Part shown: in pieces, positions 8,953 to 17,234 of the stretch
Layout: every line of letters begins with the position of its first letter
Numbering within the stretch: the stretch's first letter is position 1
From: Desulfobacteraceae bacterium Eth-SRB2
GTDB lineage: Bacteria; Desulfobacterota; Desulfobacteria; Desulfobacterales; UBA11574
Length of the DNA: 64,000 nt
Assembly: GCA_004193595.1 (NCBI GenBank)
Contig: RPGQ01000080.1
Location: forward strand, 132,307 to 196,306
Direction: 5' to 3'
Notes under the pieces: model-generated
Seen by the model: the letters and a program-made list of their open reading frames with translations, nothing else
Told to the model about the DNA's origin: nothing
Database searches by the model: none
Position numbers and translations under genes: made by a program

Positions 8953-9480
8953 TTATGCCTTTCCTTTTATTCCCTCTATTTTCTTCATTTCCTTCTCAAA
9001 GCATTCCGGACAGACGCCATGAGAAAATTCCACATCGGCCCTTTTAGAAATAAAATTCTCAATTCTCTTCCACGCCCGCGGATCTTTGGGATTCCCACCA
9101 TCAATTCGAATCTTCTTGCACTTAAAGCAGATCGGAAGAATACCGTGTAAAGTCGTTTGAACTTCAGACAAGAGTCGTGATTGAACGTCTATGCCAATGA
9201 ACACAAATAAGGCTCCGAAGAGGAATATGAGGCTCACGAACGTCTCACTGATTAATGAATATTTAAAAACAAATGCCGTCAGAGTCACTAAATAGCCGAA
9301 GAAGAAAAATATCATGAGTCCACGATGCAGTAATATGTATCGCTTAATATGTTTTCGTTGGCGTTCAGGGACAAACGGCAAGGCTTCCATAAGCCCCTTT
9401 GCCCTGATAATACTGGTCAGCATAATGATTGCGCCAAAAAATATGAAAAGGCAGTTCCCAATTGTCTGTATGCTCATCAT
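8953..9480 (-). CDS. Four-TM membrane protein with a C-terminal CxxC...HGxCPxC motif
   Basis: Hydrophobic N-terminal 110 aa, then CFKCKKIRIDGGNPKDPRAWKRIENFISKRADVEFSHGVCPECFEKE. Confidence 0.6.
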   Translation of the reverse strand: MMSIQTIGNCLFIFFGAIIMLTSIIRAKGLMEALPFVPERQRKHIKRYILLHRGLMIFFFFGYLVTLTAFVFKYSLISETFVSLIFLFGALFVFIGIDVQSRLLSEVQTTLHGILPICFKCKKIRIDGGNPKDPRAWKRIENFISKRADVEFSHGVCPECFEKEMKKIEGIKGKA

Positions 9481-9533
9481 CCAAAATCCTCTTCGTGTTT
9501 CTTGCTGTCATTGCGTATGATCTTTGGCCTTCA

Positions 9534-9575
9534 GCAAATCGACCCAGAGGACCTATCCCTTAAAGGCCGATTTGC
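9534..9575 (-). promoter_or_regulatory. Conserved leader hairpin (copy B)
   Basis: gcaaatcgacccagagg...ttaaaggccgatttgc. There is no U-tract in this copy. Confidence 0.4.
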
Positions 9576-9637
9576 CGATTAAAAGAGGAGTAATATGAAA
9601 ATGGAGGTTGCCAAGTTAAACACCAAAAAGATAAAAA

Positions 9638-9653
9638 GCAAATAATATGCCAC
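9638..9653 (-). promoter_or_regulatory. sigma-54 promoter-like motif facing the gene at 8953-9480
   Basis: The minus strand reads GTGGCATATTATTTGCT. It lies 158 nt upstream of the ATG at 9480. Confidence 0.55.
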
Positions 9654-9974
9654 AAATCAGGTTTAATGGATTTTTTTAAAATTAATGATGAATCGCTTCA
9701 TCTGGGTCCAGACGCTCGTCCTTATATGCACAAAATTCACGCCGCTTCGGACGGGTTGACTCCTAAATCGTGTCCACCACGGTTTTTCAATAATTGTTAA
9801 ACTTTTGTACAAACATGCCCCCCCCTCTTGTTCAAAATATAAACACTTATGCTGTTCATTTATTTAACAGATTAACGGTTGGATGACAAAAAACTTTTAA
9901 CAGGAACTTCAATTCTACACTATTCTATCCATCAACCCACAACCGGAAATCAAAAACCAGCAGACAATCTTAAT

Positions 9975-9989
9975 TGGCATATGTATTGC
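9975..9989 (+). promoter_or_regulatory. sigma-54 promoter-like motif facing the cytochrome gene
   Basis: TGGCATATGTATTGCG. It lies 263 nt upstream of the ATG at 10252. Confidence 0.5.
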
Positions 9990-10251
9990 GGCATCGGAAT
10001 GAAAAACACAAAAATAAACAGGCTTGAAAGAGATAGCAATTTACAACCTCGATCTTAACTGCTATCGTGTTAAAGGCAATTTAATAGTGACAAGATCATG
10101 GTGTAAGATGATCCAAAAACCAATTTTTAATTTTGAGAAATTCTTGATCAATAAGGTTCTGCATCAATTTTGTCTGCACCTTAAGTATTGTCAATGAAAT
10201 CCATTTTTGGGGTGTATTTCCTATTTGGAATTTAACTGGAAGGAGATTTAG

Positions 10252-11562
10252 ATGAAATCATTAAAATTTTTCTCGTTTGCCATGCTTTTTTTAGGAGTTG
10301 TTTTTTTATTTGCTTCCCCAAACAATGCCGGAAATAGCGATAAATTTAGTGCCATGGATTATAACCGCCCTCTTGAGCACCAAGAATTGGAAGAATATGT
10401 TGGGCCATCCACATGCGCTGAGTGCCACGAAGATGCCATAGATGATTTAATGAGCTCCAGTCATTACACATGGGATGGGAAATTTAAAAAGGGCGGGAGA
10501 TACTCCAAATGTCGAATGTCAGCCGTGCCAATCAACTGGTTGGGCGTTGTGTTCAAAAACAATCACATGCATGATAGATGCGGGCTTTGCCACATTGGTG
10601 GCGGACCCATGCCCGTGGATCCTGCAAAAGCTACAGATGAGGACAAGGATAAACTGGACTGCCTCATCTGTCACGCCACAACGTATGACACAACCGTGCG
10701 GGTTCCAAAGCAAGTAAACGGGAAATGGATTCTGCCCCAGGACAGGAGCCTGGAAGCAGCAAAAAGTGTTGGAAAACCTACCCAGAACAACTGTTTGCGC
10801 TGTCATTATGTTGCTATTTGCGATTACAAAAGGGGAGCTGACATAAAAAATGACATCCATTTTAGGAGTAATATGAGTTGCACAAAATGTCACAGAGTGG
10901 AAAATCACAGATTTCCGGGATTTGGCCCGACCATGTCACGAGAAGTGTCACAACGCGTTCGGTGTACAGATTGCCATGCTCAATCACCGCACGGAAATGA
11001 AACATTAAACAAACATGTACGGATTGACTGCCGAACATGTCACGTGGTTTCCGCAGGGGGAGTTTTCTATAAAAATTCAACAAAAAACAGTATATTTATA
11101 GAGAAAAAAGGCATTTACAAAATTGAAGAAAAGTTTGGTATAACACGCCCCGTGTATTTTTGGTACGATGGTGTTTCCCGGGGGCCGGTACCCAAGGGAA
11201 GTATTGATGATCCGTCATCCAAAATCCAACCTTTTAAGAATTACACGGGTGTTGCCCCGGTGGATAAGAAAACCGGAGATTTTCTATGGCTCGACCTCGG
11301 TATGTTTACCAAAACAGGTGATATAGAAAAGGCAATTAAGGCAGGTGTCGATGCAAACGGCCGACTTTACAGCGGGTCATGGGAACCAAAAAAATATGAC
11401 GTTTACTTTCAACTCAGTCATGGTGTAACCGTAGAACGATCTCTGCAATGCAATGACTGTCACAAACCATCCGGGATTATGGATTTTAAAGCACTTGGTT
11501 ACACTGAAGAAAAAGTAAAGGAGCTAACCAAAAAAAGAGAGTCCATAAAGGTGCAGCTTTAA
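10252..11562 (+). CDS. Periplasmic octahaem c-type cytochrome
   Basis: Signal peptide plus eight CxxCH motifs (CAECH, CGLCH, CLICH, CLRCH, CTKCH, CTDCH, CRTCH, CNDCH). GGAGA RBS. Confidence 0.85.
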   Translation: MKSLKFFSFAMLFLGVVFLFASPNNAGNSDKFSAMDYNRPLEHQELEEYVGPSTCAECHEDAIDDLMSSSHYTWDGKFKKGGRYSKCRMSAVPINWLGVVFKNNHMHDRCGLCHIGGGPMPVDPAKATDEDKDKLDCLICHATTYDTTVRVPKQVNGKWILPQDRSLEAAKSVGKPTQNNCLRCHYVAICDYKRGADIKNDIHFRSNMSCTKCHRVENHRFPGFGPTMSREVSQRVRCTDCHAQSPHGNETLNKHVRIDCRTCHVVSAGGVFYKNSTKNSIFIEKKGIYKIEEKFGITRPVYFWYDGVSRGPVPKGSIDDPSSKIQPFKNYTGVAPVDKKTGDFLWLDLGMFTKTGDIEKAIKAGVDANGRLYSGSWEPKKYDVYFQLSHGVTVERSLQCNDCHKPSGIMDFKALGYTEEKVKELTKKRESIKVQL

Positions 11563-11616
11563 AAAATGAAATTCCTATACTACAGATTATAGGGTGAAGA
11601 TGCGGAAATACCATAA

Positions 11617-11826
11617 ATGAGTCTGTTGATTAATGGTCTTTTCGCACAATCTCTGCGTTATGCTCAAAAAATAATCCTCGGAATATCAAATATATGCCTG
11701 CCTGCCCCGTAGCTCCGGCAGATGGTACTGGGGTGGTTATTTTTTTCGCATGCCCCTCCGGGGCGTAGGCCCTACGGGCCGGAGGCTTGATCTTAAACGA
11801 AAATCCTCATTAATCAACTGACTCAT
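11617..11826. mobile_element. MITE-like element, family B
   Basis: 19-bp terminal inverted repeats atgagtctgttgattaatg / cattaatcaactgactcat (1 mismatch) enclose a GC-rich palindromic core (ccccgtagctccggcag..., ccggggcgtaggccctacgggccgg). Confidence 0.5.
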
Positions 11827-11846
11827 AACTATAGGAGGTGAACACT

Positions 11847-12203
11847 ATGAAAAAGTTTCTGTTCGTTATTTCCAATGGATTTGAAAAGGCAGGTCGTGCG
11901 ACCCGTGCTTTCCAGTTTGCCCAAGTGGCCTGTGAGAAGGGACACGATGTTAAAGTATTTCTTGTGGATGATGCGATTCACTGGGCTCAATTTGGCATGG
12001 CTGAAGGGGTAAAGGCATCTACCGGCGAAGAAATGAAGCCTTTTATTGATTACTTAACGGAACATGGTGCTACGATATATGTCTGTAAAGCCTGAGTGGA
12101 CCACCGGTATTTATCCCCCGACGAAATGATTCCGGGGGTAGAGATGGAAGGGGCACCCTTTCTGATTGATTTATTAAACGAATATCAAGCATTAACCTTT
12201 TAG
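11847..12203 (+). CDS. DsrE-like protein with in-frame UGA (predicted selenocysteine, CxxU motif)
   Basis: AGGAGG lies 7 nt upstream of the ATG. MKKFLFVISNG...DVKVFLVDDAI...TIYVCKA-UGA(12093-12095)-VDHRYLSPDEMIPGVEMEGAPFLIDLLNEYQALTF*. The same frame stays open for 35 more codons. The post-UGA sequence continues the DsrE-family C-terminus, and the UGA sits where DsrE-family proteins carry a Cys. Confidence 0.7.
12115..12138 (+). promoter_or_regulatory. Candidate bacterial SECIS hairpin
   Basis: Stem cccccg(12115-12120) / cggggg(12133-12138) with a 12-nt G-containing loop. The loop lies 26-37 nt downstream of the UGA, within the range typical of bacterial SECIS elements. Confidence 0.45.
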
Positions 12204-12303
12204 TCGGCAAAGTTCAATAAGATACTTTAAGCAAACCTTTTTTCAATTTTTTAAGTCATAACAGCATGGTCTGAAATATCCAAAACTGCAGAGACGTAAT
12301 CGG

Positions 12304-14022
12304 TTACTTTATACTTTTTTGAAGTACGTTCATGGGTACTGCAATAATATGGGTTTTGCCCTGGCCGGTAAAGATGTTTCCTTCAACAACAGCAATGTAA
12401 AGTTCGTTATCATACATAAAAATTGATTGGACCGGCCCCTGGAACTTTGTGGTCAGCAACCTGAAGGCGTATGTTCCGTTACCGGGGCAAAGGAGGCCAA
12501 GTCCGCCGTTTTTGGATCTGCCGCCGACAACGCTCCAGATACCGGTCTGGTTGGCGGGTACTACTGCAAAAAGGACATGGTCTGAGCTAAACAAGGCCGA
12601 TTGAGGCCATACCGGTGCATCTCTAGGTGCATTGGATTTATTGACCATGTCGTCAATAAGCATGATTTTTACGGGGTCAAAACGTGAGGGTGATTCCCAT
12701 TTCTGTTTGCTGGCTTCATATACAACCAGCTTTCCCCCAGGATTATAGTAAGCGGTTTCTTTAATTTTGTTTTTGTCCAGGTCAGCCATAATCGCTCCAA
12801 GCAAATTGAAACCCGTCGGAGTATCGATGGAATCCTGTTGCGTTATTCTGCCTGAATCATCCATGGAAAGGCGAAAAACTCCGGAACCGAAAAAACTCTC
12901 CGCATCAAACTCCTGGCCGATTAAATATTCATTAACCCCGTTTCCGTTCATGTCCAGAAATTCCAGAATATAGCCGATGTTCTTTGCAAGGACGGTAAAT
13001 CCATGTTTTGTAAATTTGAGAAGTTGCGATTCCATACCTTCGCCCTTAACATAAATGTTAAGAGCTATGAGTCCGTTGGGCTCCAATGACATATTAATCA
13101 CATCACCAAAACCTTTATAGTCGTACTGATATCTTTCCCCGGTTCCGACGGCCCGGGCATAAAGGGTTTTATTGCTGAGGTAAATAAAATAGGGTCTTTT
13201 TGCTCCATCAGATTCTATTATTCCCACGCTGTCGACGATATGGTCAATGCTGGTGACGGCTCTGTAATTTTCTATTTTCAGATTTGTACTCAGACCAGGG
13301 ATCATTATTCCCGGAGGGCTGGCGACGGTTTCTTGCTTTTGGTCGCCTTCTTTTGTTTCAGCCACGGGTTGCGTCGATTGGGTAGGCGCAGGTTGGGACA
13401 GACTTCGGGCAGAGGTCAATTCATCATATATCGACAATATCTCACCCCCACTCCAGATAGTAACTCTTCCCTTATCTGCGACGATCATCACACCTTCAGG
13501 AAGTTGTGTGACATCAGCGGAGTTTTCAATGCTCTGGTATCCCTGCCAGTCAAGTGAGGGAAGTTTGGCCCTGATCAGTTCATACAGGCGGAACGAGGAA
13601 CCGTTAACATCCTGAAAAATGGTTCTGATCTCTCGGTAGCGTATGGCCGTGATTCCTGATTTAATGTCGCATGATTCCTTAAAGCACTTAACTGATATTT
13701 CCGAAAAGTGTTTTTCTACTCTAGTAACTTTGCAAATCGCAAGAGGCACATGAAACACCCCGAGTTTTTTTCCTGTGACAGGTTCAATTACCTGCTCATC
13801 TGTGGAATACACGGTCCAAAGATTGCCCTTTTTAACGTTATTGCCGGATCCCATATTGATCAGGTATCGTCCGTTGGGACTTTTAATTACCTTGGCTTCC
13901 AAGGTGCCAAGCTCTTTTACGATTTCGCCCACAGTAATCTTTTCGGCATAAACGATGTTCAAAGAAAGAGAGAAAAAAAGTATTGCTGATAAAATTGTGA
14001 CACGCATAAAAAGGTTGTTCAA
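12304..14022 (-). CDS. Secreted hypothetical protein with an FG-GAP-like segment
   Basis: TTG start 7 nt after AGGAGG, and a signal peptide. There is an LDMNGNGVNEYLIGQ calcium-binding-like loop and a Pro/Gln-rich linker. No specific family was recognised. Confidence 0.6.
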   Translation of the reverse strand: MNNLFMRVTILSAILFFSLSLNIVYAEKITVGEIVKELGTLEAKVIKSPNGRYLINMGSGNNVKKGNLWTVYSTDEQVIEPVTGKKLGVFHVPLAICKVTRVEKHFSEISVKCFKESCDIKSGITAIRYREIRTIFQDVNGSSFRLYELIRAKLPSLDWQGYQSIENSADVTQLPEGVMIVADKGRVTIWSGGEILSIYDELTSARSLSQPAPTQSTQPVAETKEGDQKQETVASPPGIMIPGLSTNLKIENYRAVTSIDHIVDSVGIIESDGAKRPYFIYLSNKTLYARAVGTGERYQYDYKGFGDVINMSLEPNGLIALNIYVKGEGMESQLLKFTKHGFTVLAKNIGYILEFLDMNGNGVNEYLIGQEFDAESFFGSGVFRLSMDDSGRITQQDSIDTPTGFNLLGAIMADLDKNKIKETAYYNPGGKLVVYEASKQKWESPSRFDPVKIMLIDDMVNKSNAPRDAPVWPQSALFSSDHVLFAVVPANQTGIWSVVGGRSKNGGLGLLCPGNGTYAFRLLTTKFQGPVQSIFMYDNELYIAVVEGNIFTGQGKTHIIAVPMNVLQKSIK

Positions 14023-14396
14023 AACGATACCTCCTGGGATTTTTAAATATTTAAAGACAATTTACTCAGGATTTAGGAAGTAAATATAGGGTTGTAAGAG
14101 ACCTTAGTCAAGAAGAAACTGGGCGGATGTCAATAGTTTAGGAATTTCTTTTTTTGGACTCAGATGAACACAGATTTTTAAGATTCTCAAATTGCAAAAC
14201 AACAATATTATCTGTATATACCTGCCCGCTTGTGCCTCGCATGGCAGGTGGGTCTGCGAAAATCTGCGTCCTATTTAACTTGATATTGACTATTTTGTAA
14301 AAAATCCGTTATAATTCATTATGTGAGTATTGTGGGATTAATGGTATGCTTTACCAAATAATATGATGCAATAACTTCCGAAATAGGCTTTTCTTA

Positions 14397-16958
14397 GTGC
14401 TATTAAAAAACTTATTTAAATACTGGACGTATCAGGTATTTTTACCTGGGACGGTTTTAAGAGAAAAGTATGAAGCGTTTAAATCACTGCTGGTCCATGA
14501 CAAGTGCGCCCATGAAGTGATGGCTGAGCTGGAAGAGATCTATTATAACCAGATCAGGGTTGACTTTCAGGTAATTGCGAAAAAATATGACCGTCTGGCT
14601 GAGTGTGTGTCAGGCATCATAAAAGACCTGTCCAGGATGTGCCCTTCCCGTTATCTGAATCTCAAGGACTATTTCAAGAAGTTCGATTTCTATATCAGAT
14701 TCATGCTCGCACCGCCGGAATATAACTTTTCTCCTCCATTTACCGTTCAATTAGATGAGATACCATCAGACTGCCGTTTATTGATTGGAGGAAAAGCACT
14801 ACAACTGTCTGTTATTAAAAGAGACCTTGAGCTACCCATACCCAGTGGTTTTGTGATCACCACCAATGCCTTTTATTATTTGATTGAACATAATGATTTG
14901 AGAAAAATAATCGACGAGAAACTTGCCGGTCTTGATATCAATTCCACTCTATCCCTGGACCACACATCTGATGACCTAATGGCCTTAATCATGAACTCCC
15001 GGATTCCTCCGGATATCGAAAATGCGGTTCTAAATGCATTCAAAGCCTGTCAATGGACAAAAAATAGGGATATCAGGATTGCCATGCGGAGTAGTGCTGT
15101 GTGTGAAGATGAACAATCGTCATTTGCAGGACAGTATCTGACGGTTTTAAATGTTAAAGAAGAGAGCATCCTAAATGCCTATAAAAAGGTCATCGCAAGC
15201 AAATATTCTCCAAGAGCCCTTTATTACCGAATCAACTATGGTCTGTCAGACATTGAAACACCCATGGCCGTTTTAGCCCTTGAAATGGTGGATTCAACGG
15301 CAAGTGGTATTATCTACACCCGGGACATTGACGATCCCACATCAAATTATTTAAATATTCATTCTGTATGGGGGTTGGGTGAATTACTGGTAAGCGGAGA
15401 AGTTTCACCGGACATCATAACAATAACTAAAGAGGAAAAACCCACAATTATCATGGAAAAAACCGGAGTTAAACATGAGCAGATGATCTTGGCGCAAAAC
15501 AGGTCAACAGAAGTTATCCCGGTTTATGATAACAAAAAACAGATCTGCTCCATTGACCGTGACTCTGTCTTGACTCTGACAAAGTGGGGAGCCGCACTCG
15601 AAAGTTTTTATGGAGTTCCGCAGGATATTGAATGGTGCAAGGATAATTTAGGCCGGCTTTTTATTCTTCAATCAAGACCCTTAAAGATAGAAGAAGTTCA
15701 CAGCCCTACAGAGGAGTGCAAGTTTGATAATATCAAAAATGCCGTGCTAATTTCTGGTGGAGAAACGGCGTCATCAGGAATCGGGGCAGGACGTGTCTTT
15801 AAAATCGACCGTAAATCAGATTTGAAAAACCTGCCCAAAGGTGCCGTCCTTGTGGCCAGAAATGCTTCTCCTTATTATGTAACCGTTATGGATAGGCTAA
15901 CCGCTGTTGTAACCGATACGGGAAGTGCCGCCGGGCATTTTTCGTCTGTTGCCCGGGAATTCGGTGTGCCAACCCTGGTAAATACGGATGTTGCCACTAC
16001 CAATTTGCTTCCGGGAAGGGAGGTTACTGTCCATGCGGATGGCAAAATTGTTTACGACGGTATTGTCAGCTCATTGATTGAAAGTCCCCGTGCACAAAGG
16101 GATCTTTTGTCAAACAGTCCCTTTATGCGTAAACTAAGATATGTCATAAGCTTTGTCTCTCCATTGAAACTTGTGGATCCGGCTTCCAAGTCCTTTAAAC
16201 CGGAAGAGTGCAGATCGCTGCATGATATTATCCGATTTTCCCACGAGAAAGCGGTACAGGAGATGTTTGCCATGGGCGACAGAAAGGGAGGACGAAAAAA
16301 GGGGGCGAAAAAACTCATATCCAAGATCCCCATGCTGTTTTATGTCCTTGATGTGGGCGGCGGCATCGAGCAGAAAGTTTCCAACGAGCAAGAGGTGATG
16401 ATGGAAGCTATTACAAGTGCTCCCATGAGGGCGGTCTTTAGCGGACTGAATCATCCTGATATACAATGGTCGGAATTTACCCATTTCGACTGGGAAGAAT
16501 ACGATAAAATTGTCATGGGTGGTGGAATAATAAGCGCAGATTCAGCCCGATTCGGAAGTTATGCTATACTTGCCAGTGATTACCTTAATCTTAATCTGCG
16601 TTTCGGCTATCATTTTGTTATTCTGGACACGATCTGTGGAGATAAGGCAGACGAAAATTATATTTTGTTCAGGTTTTCCGGTGGAGGCGGAGATTCCCAC
16701 GGCAAATCTTTAAGGGCCGGTTTTATAGGCGGTGTTTTGGAACGTCTTGGATTTATGGTGGATATAAAAGGGGATCTTATAGACGGCCAGTTAAAGGAGG
16801 GTGACCGGAAAACCATAGCTGAAAAACTGGACATGGTGGGGCGCCTTCTGGGTGCAACCCGATTGATGGATATGTATCTTAAAGATGCCTCCCTCGTTGA
16901 AGGTTTTGTGGATAATTTTATGAACGGGCGGTATCATTTTAGTTCAATTGAAGATTGA
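14397..16958 (+). CDS. PEP-utilising-enzyme family dikinase-like protein (PPDK_N ATP-grasp plus phosphohistidine swivel domain, non-canonical C-terminus)
   Basis: PEP-synthase-like N domain (GGKALQLSVIK..., RSSAVCEDEQSSFAGQY, DIEWCKD..LFILQSRP). Mobile His domain TDTGSAAGHFSSVAREFGVPTL. The roughly 290-aa C-terminus does not look like the PEP/pyruvate TIM barrel. The GTG start is uncertain. Confidence 0.8.
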   Translation: MLLKNLFKYWTYQVFLPGTVLREKYEAFKSLLVHDKCAHEVMAELEEIYYNQIRVDFQVIAKKYDRLAECVSGIIKDLSRMCPSRYLNLKDYFKKFDFYIRFMLAPPEYNFSPPFTVQLDEIPSDCRLLIGGKALQLSVIKRDLELPIPSGFVITTNAFYYLIEHNDLRKIIDEKLAGLDINSTLSLDHTSDDLMALIMNSRIPPDIENAVLNAFKACQWTKNRDIRIAMRSSAVCEDEQSSFAGQYLTVLNVKEESILNAYKKVIASKYSPRALYYRINYGLSDIETPMAVLALEMVDSTASGIIYTRDIDDPTSNYLNIHSVWGLGELLVSGEVSPDIITITKEEKPTIIMEKTGVKHEQMILAQNRSTEVIPVYDNKKQICSIDRDSVLTLTKWGAALESFYGVPQDIEWCKDNLGRLFILQSRPLKIEEVHSPTEECKFDNIKNAVLISGGETASSGIGAGRVFKIDRKSDLKNLPKGAVLVARNASPYYVTVMDRLTAVVTDTGSAAGHFSSVAREFGVPTLVNTDVATTNLLPGREVTVHADGKIVYDGIVSSLIESPRAQRDLLSNSPFMRKLRYVISFVSPLKLVDPASKSFKPEECRSLHDIIRFSHEKAVQEMFAMGDRKGGRKKGAKKLISKIPMLFYVLDVGGGIEQKVSNEQEVMMEAITSAPMRAVFSGLNHPDIQWSEFTHFDWEEYDKIVMGGGIISADSARFGSYAILASDYLNLNLRFGYHFVILDTICGDKADENYILFRFSGGGGDSHGKSLRAGFIGGVLERLGFMVDIKGDLIDGQLKEGDRKTIAEKLDMVGRLLGATRLMDMYLKDASLVEGFVDNFMNGRYHFSSIED

Positions 16959-17089
16959 TGGCTTCGTAAAAAGTCCCAACACCGTCATGCCGGACTTGAT
17001 CCGGCATCCAGAACTTATTGAAAATACTGGATTCCGGCTTTTGCCGGAATGACGATTCCAAGAGATTCTCGACTTTTTACGAATTCATC
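16957..17089. mobile_element. MITE-like element, family A, copy 2
   Basis: TIRs gatggcttcgtaaaaagtc / gactttttacgaattcatc. Direct repeat AAGATT (extendable to 9 bp, aagattgat) at 16951 and 17090. The core carries gtcatgccggacttgatccggcatccag...ctggattccggcttttgccggaatgac palindromes. Confidence 0.6.
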
Positions 17090-17234
17090 AAGATTGATTG
17101 TTGAAAATTGAAGATTTATGGAATTGCTTGGCGCTGTCTTTTTAATAAAATTGAATACCTTGGATAGTGGCCGAAGTTATAACAACGTCCAAATAACCAA
17201 TGACAAACAACTAATAACCAATAACTAATAATAA

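Larger units (their letters stand above)
9533..9990. repeat. Bidirectional sigma-54 promoter cassette, copy B
   Basis: Aligns with 7117-7580. Both promoter motifs, the leader hairpin and the central block are conserved. Confidence 0.8.

Noticed and set aside
14205-14270. TGGCAG-GTGGG-TCTGC upstream of the dikinase-like gene as a further sigma-54 promoter
   Set aside because: The GG-to-GC spacing is one nucleotide too long. It sits inside a palindromic repeat (cagatgaacacagattt...aaaatctgcg) that is more likely a REP-type element.
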